A DNA stretch of 32,000 nucleotides from an uncultured archaeon (GTDB taxonomy: Archaea; Asgardarchaeota; Thorarchaeia; Thorarchaeales; Thorarchaeaceae): the NCBI GenBank assembly GCA_964354495.1, contig CAYHAA010000007.1, forward strand, positions 30,001 to 62,000. The letters run 5' to 3'. The translations under genes were made by a program, and so were the position numbers. Positions 24,512 through 32,000 of this stretch are shown one piece after another (position 1 is the stretch's first letter; each line of letters starts with the position of its first letter). The notes beneath the pieces were generated by a model. The model saw only the letters and a list, made by a program, of their open reading frames with translations, was not told where the DNA came from and ran no database searches.

Positions 24512-25147
24512 CTATTTGTGCCCGTGCTCTCCCTCTGCAGTCTTCAACTCACCCAGTGTATTGAGGTTCTTGAAGGTTTCAAGATTGGCATCAAACTGCT
24601 TCAGGGCCTCTGTTGATACATACAAGACATGTTGAAGTCGATCAAGCAGGCTGCGCATTTCGAATGACTTCTGTTCAACGACCTTCAGTCCGTGATAATA
24701 GGCATGCTCTGTCATGTAGACTGAGTGAAGTGGTTCGATATGTCCAGATGGCCATGAGGGCACCACAGCTCCATGCCTAGGACTCATCTCTACGAGTATC
24801 TTCAACAGATTTGGCCTTGCAAGAGGTTTGTCAATTGGCAGTAGCAGCGTGTAGTCCGTTTCTGCGTGTTCAAATGCAGTGACAGCTTCATTCAAGGCTG
24901 ACTTCGTGCTGTCCTCTGGGTCCACGACAACACGTCCCATTTTGATGTACGGTCTGATCTTCTCAAGCTGTTCATCATCTGACACTACAACAAGGACCGT
25001 GGGAGAAATCTTTCGAGCAATATCAAGCATATGTGACACAAGAGGTCGCCCTTGATACTCTCTCAAAGCTCTATCTGAACCGAATCGTCTTGAGTCGCCT
25101 CCAGCCAAGACGGCCACCGTCACATCTTTCATACTTTCACTGACCAC
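24512..25147 (-). CDS. mobA: Molybdenum cofactor guanylyltransferase (MobA-like NTP transferase)
   Basis: VLAGGDSRRFGSD, EPLHSVY, FKNLNT. Confidence 0.8.
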   Translation of the reverse strand: MVSESMKDVTVAVLAGGDSRRFGSDRALREYQGRPLVSHMLDIARKISPTVLVVVSDDEQLEKIRPYIKMGRVVVDPEDSTKSALNEAVTAFEHAETDYTLLLPIDKPLARPNLLKILVEMSPRHGAVVPSWPSGHIEPLHSVYMTEHAYYHGLKVVEQKSFEMRSLLDRLQHVLYVSTEALKQFDANLETFKNLNTLGELKTAEGEHGHK

Positions 25148-25310
25148 TAGTTCACCGGCACAGTACTCTCTCGGGCAACCGCGTCGAGTTGCACGTTGAA
25201 GTGCTTGATGAGAATGCAGCCTACTTGGATGGACATTAATCTAGCGGAAAATTCCACCAAAAGCGTAAAAAGCCCGCTGGGACCGGATGGCCATATCCCA
25301 CGGAGGTTTC

Positions 25311-26087
25311 ATGATGGCCGGTAAAGTCTGGAGTTACATCACGGAGAAGCTAGAAACTGAGGGGGCACTTCATTTTTCACTGCTTGATCCTGACCCACTT
25401 TCTACAACTATCGAAGATGTAGTAGAGATTGCAAAACTCGCTGAGAAGGCAGGCAGCGATGCAGCAATGATTGGTGGAAGTACAGTCTTTGGTGTGATTG
25501 ATGAGGCTGTGCGTGAGATCAACGAGGCTATTGATATTCCGACCATCCTCTTCCCCGGCAATATCACAGGGGTCTCCGAACATGCGGACGCGATGTTCTT
25601 CATGACCCTTCTCAACAGCACCAATCCCTACTGGATTATTGGAGCACAGGCCCTAGCTGCACCGAAAATCAAACTCGCCGGAATTGAGACCATCGCGATG
25701 GCGTATCTCATGGTAGCTCCTGGGAAGACTGCGGCATGGGTTGGCGACGCTAAACCCTTCCTTCGCGACAAGCCCAAGATTGCAGCGATGTATGCCATTG
25801 CTGCGGAACTTCTCGGCATGAAGCTTGTCTATCTTGAAGCTGGTAGTGGAGCAGAAGGCGGAGGTGTCCCTCCTGAGATGATAGCCATGGTTTCCAAATT
25901 CATCGAGATTCCTGTGATTACCGGAGGGGGCTTCAATGATGCAGAGTCTGTGGTAGGTGCCATAGAGGCTGGAGCGTCAATAGTTGTGCAGGGAACGTAT
26001 CTCGAGAAATATGTTCAAAAAGACAAGGGCGAGGGACTGAGGAAGATGGTCAAAGCCTTGAAGGAAGCAGGCGCCAAGAGAGTTTAA
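25311..26087 (+). CDS. Geranylgeranylglyceryl phosphate synthase (group II-like)
   Basis: HFSLLDPD, GSDAAMIGGS, PTILFPG, LLNSTNPYWIIG, YLEAGSGA, ITGGG. GGAGGT precedes ATG 25311/25314. Confidence 0.94.
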   Translation: MMAGKVWSYITEKLETEGALHFSLLDPDPLSTTIEDVVEIAKLAEKAGSDAAMIGGSTVFGVIDEAVREINEAIDIPTILFPGNITGVSEHADAMFFMTLLNSTNPYWIIGAQALAAPKIKLAGIETIAMAYLMVAPGKTAAWVGDAKPFLRDKPKIAAMYAIAAELLGMKLVYLEAGSGAEGGGVPPEMIAMVSKFIEIPVITGGGFNDAESVVGAIEAGASIVVQGTYLEKYVQKDKGEGLRKMVKALKEAGAKRV

Positions 26088-26138
26088 ATACTTGACAACC
26101 CCTTTTCACTCAGTTTCCTCTGGGAGGTTAGCTATGCC

Positions 26139-26534
26139 TTGTCCTCAAAGACCGAGTTACTGAAAGAACTTCTTCTAGACTTGAGTAGGGCCTCCCAAGG
26201 CAATGTGGAAGCAAGTGCTATCATCTCAAAGTCCCAAGGACTTCCCATATACTCCCTGTACCCTGAGGGCCCTGACGAGAAACGGATTCCTGAAGAGGAT
26301 GTCATCGCAGGACGCACCATTCAGATACAAGAGGCCACCAGAAAGGTGTTCAAGCAACTGAAGCGTGGTCCTCTCATTAGGATGCTCATCGAGGGAGAGA
26401 GTGGATATGTCATCATCTGTGATGCTGGAGATGATGCAATCCTCGCGGTTCTGACCAATAAGCGTGCCAACATTGGATACATGTTCTTCTCAATGTCCAG
26501 AACGGCACGACGTATTGAACAAGTATTATCATAG
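26139..26534 (+). CDS. Roadblock/LC7 domain protein
   Basis: VEASAIISKSQGLPI, LKRGPLIRMLIEGESGYVII..AG..AILAVLT...NIG. The TTG start is weak: the SD-like GGAGG is better spaced to an out-of-frame ATG at 26134. Confidence 0.88.
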   Translation: MSSKTELLKELLLDLSRASQGNVEASAIISKSQGLPIYSLYPEGPDEKRIPEEDVIAGRTIQIQEATRKVFKQLKRGPLIRMLIEGESGYVIICDAGDDAILAVLTNKRANIGYMFFSMSRTARRIEQVLS

Positions 26535-26588
26535 GTTCTGCTCCATCGTCACTTTTATCTGTCCCACCAATGACGAGCAGTCAGGTCG

Positions 26589-27530
26589 GTGTTTATTGTG
26601 TCAGCTGAAAAGCCGAAAGAGAAAGAAGACAACAACGAGACCAAGGATGTATGGGAGAAGTGGCGACGTGCAGGAGCAGTGGCACGTGAAGCTCTTGCCC
26701 TTGCTCGACCAATGATTGAGCCCGGAATCAAGGTTCTTGATATCATCAATACCGTTGAAAACCACATCCGCGCGAACTCTTCGGGAACATCATTTCCATG
26801 TAATGTGTCCCTGAACAATATTGCGGCACATTACACGTCGCCTCTCAATGATGAAACCACTATCCAAAAAGGCGATCTTGTCACCATAGACTGTGGTTCC
26901 CATGTTGACGGTTGTATTGCGGATACTGCGTTCACTGTGGCTCTGAATCCTGATCATCAGGATCTTGTCAAGGCCGCTGAAGATGCCACCAATGTAGCTG
27001 TCAAGATGATGCGACCCGGTGCGAAGCTCAATACAATTGGTGCGCTCATTGAAGATACCATCACCAAGGCAGGGTTCAGGCCCATCAAACAGCTTACAGG
27101 ACACCAACTGAAGGAATATGAGCTTCATGCCGAAAAACAGGTGCCCTGTGTTGGCGGCAAATCCGAGGTCTTGGTTGAAGCGGGAGAGTCCTACGCTGTC
27201 GAGACCTTTGCAAGTACGGGATCCGGGAACATTACTGACCTACCGAATCCCACAATCTATCAGGTTCTTCCTATACGTGTCCCGTTACGGTTTGCCGGTT
27301 CGAAGCAGTTCCTAGGAATAGTCAGAAAGGAATACAGAGAGTTCCCGTTCGCTGAACGCTGGCTCGCAGAGCGCATGAAGCATGCGACACTCAAGATGGC
27401 AATCAGAGAGCTTCGCCAGAATGGTGTCCTATATGCACATCATGTTCTTGCTGAAGAGAAGGGTCAGTTTGTGTCCCAGCATGAACACACTGTCATTATC
27501 ACCGATAAAGGACATGAACAGACCACCTAG
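26589..27530 (+). CDS. map: Methionine aminopeptidase type 2
   Basis: SFPCNVSLNNIAAHYT, IDCGSHVDGCIADTA, LTGH, AVETFA, SQHEHTV. GTG at 26598 is an alternative start. Confidence 0.96.
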   Translation: MFIVSAEKPKEKEDNNETKDVWEKWRRAGAVAREALALARPMIEPGIKVLDIINTVENHIRANSSGTSFPCNVSLNNIAAHYTSPLNDETTIQKGDLVTIDCGSHVDGCIADTAFTVALNPDHQDLVKAAEDATNVAVKMMRPGAKLNTIGALIEDTITKAGFRPIKQLTGHQLKEYELHAEKQVPCVGGKSEVLVEAGESYAVETFASTGSGNITDLPNPTIYQVLPIRVPLRFAGSKQFLGIVRKEYREFPFAERWLAERMKHATLKMAIRELRQNGVLYAHHVLAEEKGQFVSQHEHTVIITDKGHEQTT

Positions 27531-27673
27531 CCTTCTCTGAGAGGCATATTTCGCTACATAGTCCCTTGTCGAATCGAATTTCGGTGGACACAGAAGGATT
27601 AAAAGTATTTTTTCCGTAACTCTGTTACTGTGGGTCCTGGGAGACTGTCATCGGTACATCGATATGACAGTGA

Positions 27674-28699
27674 ATGCTGACGGTCTTTAACCGGTTCCTA
27701 CACATCGGAGGAGAGCCATTGAGCCGCACAGGAAGCACCGAGGACAAGAAAGAAGGAGCATCGGAAGTACCTGTTGAAATCTTGAGGTGCCCTGAATGCA
27801 AATCGGCAATTGTTGTAGAAGACTCTACTCGCGGTGAACGAGTCTGCGGCGGATGTGGACTTGTGCTCTCAGACCACCGAATTGATACAGGTGCCGAGTG
27901 GAGAGCTTTCAGCTCAGAGGAGAGCGATTCACGGAGTCGAGTAGGTGCTCCGCTCCGTTACACCGTGCACGACAAAGGGCTCAGTACGATTATTGACTGG
28001 CGAGACCGTGATACTGCAGGAAAGAAACTCAGTCCAACCAGGAGGTCCGAAATCTACCGGCTTCGCAAGTGGCAGATACGCAGTCGTGTTCATAGTTCTC
28101 TCGATCGGAATCTTGCTCAGGCAATGTCCGAGCTTGAGAGACTCTCGTCACAACTTGGCATACCAGAGCCAATTCGCGAGCTTGCTGCGCTCCTCTATAG
28201 AAAGTCAATCATCAAGAAACTAGTTCGAGGTCGCTCAATAGAGGCGATGGTCGCAGCCACTCTCTATGCCGCCTGCAGGATACGCTTGAAGCCACGACCC
28301 CTTGATGAAGTGGCTGACGGATCACGAATCGACCGCAAGAAACTTGGCCAGTGCTATCGATTGCTTCTTCGAAGTCTTGACATCAAGATTCCCCTCTCTA
28401 ATCCCATTGATTACATATCACGGTTCGCATGCCAACTTGAGCTGTCAAGCCCTGTGCAACTTCGGACTGTCGAGATACTACAACAGAGCCGGGATATAGG
28501 CCTCACCATCGGTCGAGACCCACTTGGGCTAGCGGCTGCTGCCATCTACGTGGCCTCAATCATGCTTGATGAGCGGCGGACTCAACGAGAGATTGCTGAG
28601 GTCGCCAGAGTAACTGAAGTGACCGTAAGAAACAGGTACAAGGAGATAGTCAAGAAGCTGGGTATTGACTCCTTAGGTCTGGAACCCATGGGCTTCTGA
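27674..28699 (+). CDS. tfb: Transcription initiation factor IIB
   Basis: Zn ribbon CPEC...CGGCG, IDTGAEWRAF, SRVGAP, DKGLST, two cyclin repeats, EVTVRNRYKEI. TTG 27719 after GGAGG is an alternative start. Confidence 0.98.
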   Translation: MLTVFNRFLHIGGEPLSRTGSTEDKKEGASEVPVEILRCPECKSAIVVEDSTRGERVCGGCGLVLSDHRIDTGAEWRAFSSEESDSRSRVGAPLRYTVHDKGLSTIIDWRDRDTAGKKLSPTRRSEIYRLRKWQIRSRVHSSLDRNLAQAMSELERLSSQLGIPEPIRELAALLYRKSIIKKLVRGRSIEAMVAATLYAACRIRLKPRPLDEVADGSRIDRKKLGQCYRLLLRSLDIKIPLSNPIDYISRFACQLELSSPVQLRTVEILQQSRDIGLTIGRDPLGLAAAAIYVASIMLDERRTQREIAEVARVTEVTVRNRYKEIVKKLGIDSLGLEPMGF

Positions 28700-28752
28700 C
28701 CTTGTTGCTCGCAGATTACTCAATTCTGGAATGGGAGTTTCGGAGGGCCTAA

Positions 28753-29097
28753 TTACCGCCTTCCAGTAGATACGAAGGACCAATCAACCTGGACCATCTC
28801 ATCCGGAAATCCAAGCTTTGCCAGAACCTCTCCAATGACTCCCCGATGGTCTCCTTGAAGTTCGATATGGCCGTGTTTTGCTGCTCCTCCGCAGGCAAGC
28901 TTGGCCTTAAGTTTTGTAGCCAGGTCACCGAGGTCAATACTCTTGTCAAAACCCGCGACAATAGTGGTCAACCGGCCCCATTTTCTTCGCTCTATGCTCA
29001 CAGCAATCCGAGCCTCTTCCTGTGCGATGGTTTCACAGACGCACAGATCCATAGGTAACCCACAATTTGGGCATATTCCGCCATCGTCATTACTCAC
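28753..29097 (-). CDS. sui1: Translation initiation factor aIF1/SUI1
   Basis: CPNCGLP.DLCVCE.IAQE, LKAKLACGG, IELQGDHR. Confidence 0.96.
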   Translation of the reverse strand: MSNDDGGICPNCGLPMDLCVCETIAQEEARIAVSIERRKWGRLTTIVAGFDKSIDLGDLATKLKAKLACGGAAKHGHIELQGDHRGVIGEVLAKLGFPDEMVQVDWSFVSTGRR

Positions 29098-29311
29098 TAA
29101 GTTGTATACTCCTTAGATTCAGTTTAGCAATATGCTTGGGGAGGTTTTTCACTCTCGGCATATAAACACTCTTCTTACACACCACCAAACGCATCAAAAG
29201 GACTTCTGTTTGCAGTCAACGTCTACCTGCAGTACAGGATGAATGCCAGGTACGTTTCGTCATACTTGTTGGGCAAGAGTAAAGTACGATTCTGCATCTC
29301 AACTTAGACAC

Positions 29312-30916
29312 ATGACAGGTCGAATCTTAATCATTGATGCATTGAGTGCAGGTACTGGCCAACGCCGCAGCTCACGTGATTCCATTGGATGCGGACCAAG
29401 GTCCGTTGCAGGCATTTTCGAGAAACACGGGTTGAATTGCAGAATTCGTAGGGCAGAAGAGGTCTTATCCAAGAAGGGCATCCTTCAGCAGTTCGACCAC
29501 TTGGCCATCAGTGCTATGACCATGGATTCTCCTGCTGTGAGGATGTTGATGAAGCAATGGCAACATAGATCTCGTTCTTCTGGAAGGACGATTATTGGAG
29601 GCCCTATCGCTTCCAACCCTGAGGTCCTGAAGGATCTGAGCGCTGATGTACTGGTGATGGGAGAAGGAGAGGCTACGCTCGAGGAGTTGGTGACTCGGCA
29701 CTTCTTTGAAGACCCTATCGATCTGTCATCAGTGAAGGGGACTGCTTTTCGGGGAGCTCACGGGATTCATGTGACGCCTGCTCGTGAGTTCATCACAACA
29801 GATGCACTCTCACGGGACTACATGCCCTCGATAACCAGGATTATCGACTATCCTACCTATCAGGCAAGTAAGATCTATGTCGAGGTGACTCGGGGATGTT
29901 CGAATTTCAGAAGAACGGCCCTCCCCCTCAGAAATGGAAGGCAGTGTTCTGATTGTGGAAACTGTGACTCAGAGAGATTCGATGTTAGAATGAATTGCCC
30001 GGAGGATATTCCTCCCGGCTGTGGTTTCTGCAGTGTTCCGAGTACATGGGGGCCTCCAAGAAGCCGTTCTCCTGCCGTCATTATGCAGGAGGTGAAGGGA
30101 CTGCTGGAGCTTGGAGTACACCGAATTGTACTTGAGTCTCCTGGATTCCTTGACTATATGCGTGGCTGTGAACCACTCACAGATCCTTGTTATCCCCCTG
30201 CCAATCTTGATGCCATCCGAGACCTCCTTGGTCAACTCAATTCTCTTCCTCAACTTGTGGATGGAACAGCACACATAGCCATCGAGAACATGAAGGCCTG
30301 TCTCTTCACTGAAGCGGTTGCGCTGACGTTGAATGAATCGAAGATATCAAGCTCTCCGAATATTGGCATTGAAACCGGATCCGATGAACACATGAAGGCA
30401 ATTGGCAAGTGTGGAAGCTCTGGTGCCGTGCTCAATGCAGTACGTATCGCAGTGGACCATGACCTGAAACCCTTCGTGTATTTCATTTACGGATTACCGG
30501 GAGAGGATGCAGAGAGCACAAAGGAATCAATCAGGATGATGCGGGCTCTCAGTGATGCTGGAGCTGAGAGAATCATTCTCTATGGTTTCAGACCTCTGCC
30601 TGGGTCTGCTTTCGAGGGTTTTCCGGAGTCTTCAACTAGGGACGAGTTTGGTGCACAGCTTCGTCGCGAGGCAGAGAGAATCAACCGAGAGAAGAAGATT
30701 GACTATCTTGGACGAGTCGTACAGGGGATAGCTGCTGAGCCGTCTTGGGCACAAGTTGGTTATACTATGGTATACCCCCTGCAGGAAGATCCACTCATGA
30801 CAGTTCCTGGGGGTTTTTCGGCAGGCACAATGCTCAAGGTCAGAATCCAGAGGGTTCTGAGCAGCGGACTGGTAGAGGGCGAGATTGTTCCAGAGTCTGA
30901 ATTTGAATCACAATAG
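29312..30916 (+). CDS. B12-binding-domain radical SAM enzyme with a TRAM-like C-terminus
   Basis: N-terminal IIDAL..G.G.R..SRD.IG.GPR; cobalamin-domain-like IIGGP and DVLVMGEGE; EVTRGC...GCGFC; IGIETGS, YFIYGLPGE; beta-rich C-terminal GTMLKVRIQRVLSSGLVEGEIV. ATG 29312. Confidence 0.88.
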   Translation: MTGRILIIDALSAGTGQRRSSRDSIGCGPRSVAGIFEKHGLNCRIRRAEEVLSKKGILQQFDHLAISAMTMDSPAVRMLMKQWQHRSRSSGRTIIGGPIASNPEVLKDLSADVLVMGEGEATLEELVTRHFFEDPIDLSSVKGTAFRGAHGIHVTPAREFITTDALSRDYMPSITRIIDYPTYQASKIYVEVTRGCSNFRRTALPLRNGRQCSDCGNCDSERFDVRMNCPEDIPPGCGFCSVPSTWGPPRSRSPAVIMQEVKGLLELGVHRIVLESPGFLDYMRGCEPLTDPCYPPANLDAIRDLLGQLNSLPQLVDGTAHIAIENMKACLFTEAVALTLNESKISSSPNIGIETGSDEHMKAIGKCGSSGAVLNAVRIAVDHDLKPFVYFIYGLPGEDAESTKESIRMMRALSDAGAERIILYGFRPLPGSAFEGFPESSTRDEFGAQLRREAERINREKKIDYLGRVVQGIAAEPSWAQVGYTMVYPLQEDPLMTVPGGFSAGTMLKVRIQRVLSSGLVEGEIVPESEFESQ

Positions 30917-30971
30917 CTCTAGGCAAAGCTTCATATTGCTAAGGCCCTGGGAGTCAGAACGGTGGCACACC

Positions 30972-31115
30972 GTGGTATACACCTGTCATAACTGTCATCG
31001 AGAAGTAACCCCTGATGGTCTTAGGACACTGCCAGGCGTCAAATGTCCCTACTGCGGTGGCAGAATTCTCTACAAAGTCCGTCCGCCAGTAGTAAAACGC
31101 GTGAAGGGCGCCTGA
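30972..31115 (+). CDS. rpoP: DNA-directed RNA polymerase subunit P (Rpo12)
   Basis: VYTCHNC...VKCPYCGGRILYKVRPPVVKRVK; GTG start after GGTGG. Confidence 0.93.
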   Translation: MVYTCHNCHREVTPDGLRTLPGVKCPYCGGRILYKVRPPVVKRVKGA

Positions 31116-31234
31116 AGATTTCACTCTCTTTGTTCATCACATCATGCCAAGAATCAACATTGTTGTTATCACAGCTGATGCAAGCAGCAGTATCAGAAGG
31201 ATGATAGAGTACACCTTCTTTCGGGTTTCACGCT

Positions 31235-32000
31235 TCAAGTTCGGCCCTCCGTGTTTCCAATCAGAATCATGCCCAGCCTTGTAAGTTCTTCGATTCCCCT
31301 TATTTCTCCATCAAACAATGGAACCTCGGTGATATCGATGTCGGAGAACAGGTCTCTAATGTCTATGAGATTCGTCTGTTGCATCTCATATCGTTTTGTG
31401 CAGAACTTGCAGGATGGATTAGGAGGAACAAGCTGATTCACGACCATATTGGTGGCAGGTATGTGCCATTTGTCTAGGCTAGCGAGCAGACGTTGCGTCT
31501 CGAAGACTGCCATTGCTTCTGGAATCATGACGACAACAAACTGCGTTGTGTCCGGGTCGGAGAGTTCGATACGGGCTGTACGGATCTTATCCTTGGTCTG
31601 TTGAATCATCTCCCAGGAGCTGTCTTCTTCTTGCTTTCCGCCGCCAAACATACTTTTGAGCCCACCCATCATCGCGCTCAGCCGCTGACGAAGGGTCATC
31701 ATTTTGCCCAACCAACTATCCAGGAGGTCTGGCAACTCAAGGAGCTTCAGAGTATGACCTGTGGGTGCAGTATCGAAGATGACCCGATCATAGGAGGAGT
31801 CCTCGATGAACTCGAGTATCTTTCCGAATGCCATTGCCTCATCCGATCCGGGTGGTGTCATGCCTGTCATGTCGCCCATGAGATTCGCAGCCATCTGCGC
31901 CTCAGGACCTGCAGCTCCGGCCCCGATAATGTCTTGGAACTGCTGCATTCCCTTCTCAGTGCTTATTTCCATCGCCCAAAGATTATCGAACCCCTCGATA
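31235..32000 (-). CDS. Get3/TRC40-ArsA family ATPase (5' end beyond the right edge)
   Basis: Frame is open to the edge (IEGFDNLWAMEIS...); PPGSDEAMAF, VIFDTAPTGHTLKLL (switch II), FVVVMIPE...VFETQRL, VVNQL, CKFC. Confidence 0.93.
   Translation of the reverse strand, partial: IEGFDNLWAMEISTEKGMQQFQDIIGAGAAGPEAQMAANLMGDMTGMTPPGSDEAMAFGKILEFIEDSSYDRVIFDTAPTGHTLKLLELPDLLDSWLGKMMTLRQRLSAMMGGLKSMFGGGKQEEDSSWEMIQQTKDKIRTARIELSDPDTTQFVVVMIPEAMAVFETQRLLASLDKWHIPATNMVVNQLVPPNPSCKFCTKRYEMQQTNLIDIRDLFSDIDITEVPLFDGEIRGIEELTRLGMILIGNTEGRT

Noticed and set aside
23203-24564. ORFs 23203-23823, 23474-23965 and 24340-24564 overlapping hypD
   Set aside because: Antisense or out-of-frame shadows of a well-supported gene.
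30885-30971. N-terminal extension of RpoP
   Set aside because: It overlaps the radical SAM gene end; GTG 30972 gives a normal 47-aa subunit.
1-32000. tRNA, rRNA, SRP RNA, transposases, integrases, CRISPR arrays, and Sec/Pyl read-through
   Set aside because: Intergenic gaps show no cloverleaf or SRP signature by eye, no IS or integrase motifs were seen, and no in-frame stop interrupts a recognised gene. A tRNAscan-SE/Infernal run would be needed to exclude small RNAs formally.

Overview
Archaeal core-genome window, most likely an Asgard archaeon (Thorarchaeia-like by inference from a Roadblock/LC7 gene, a Sec61-like SecY and a Get3 with a C-terminal CxxC; not verified by search). Positions ~1630-18984 on the minus strand hold a split S10/spc ribosomal-protein superoperon (rpl22 to secY, adk, DUF106, rpl34e, cmk, rpl14e, cbf5). 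It carries unusual passengers: an Hsp20 between uL30 and uL15, and an M14 deacylase plus a QW-repeat protein between secY and adk. Downstream of cbf5 is an RNase P RNA gene missing from the ORF track; its 5' three quarters are canonical but its 3' catalytic strand looks degenerate. It abuts an AT-rich ORF of more than 410 aa (also not in the track) that runs off the left edge. The right third is mixed housekeeping: ferredoxin, a TFIIB/cyclin-box-like protein, DUF211, hypD, mobA, GGGP synthase, Roadblock, MetAP2, TFB, SUI1, a B12-type radical SAM enzyme with an expanded Cys motif, rpoP and a 5'-truncated Get3/ArsA. All calls are by eye; no database searches were run.
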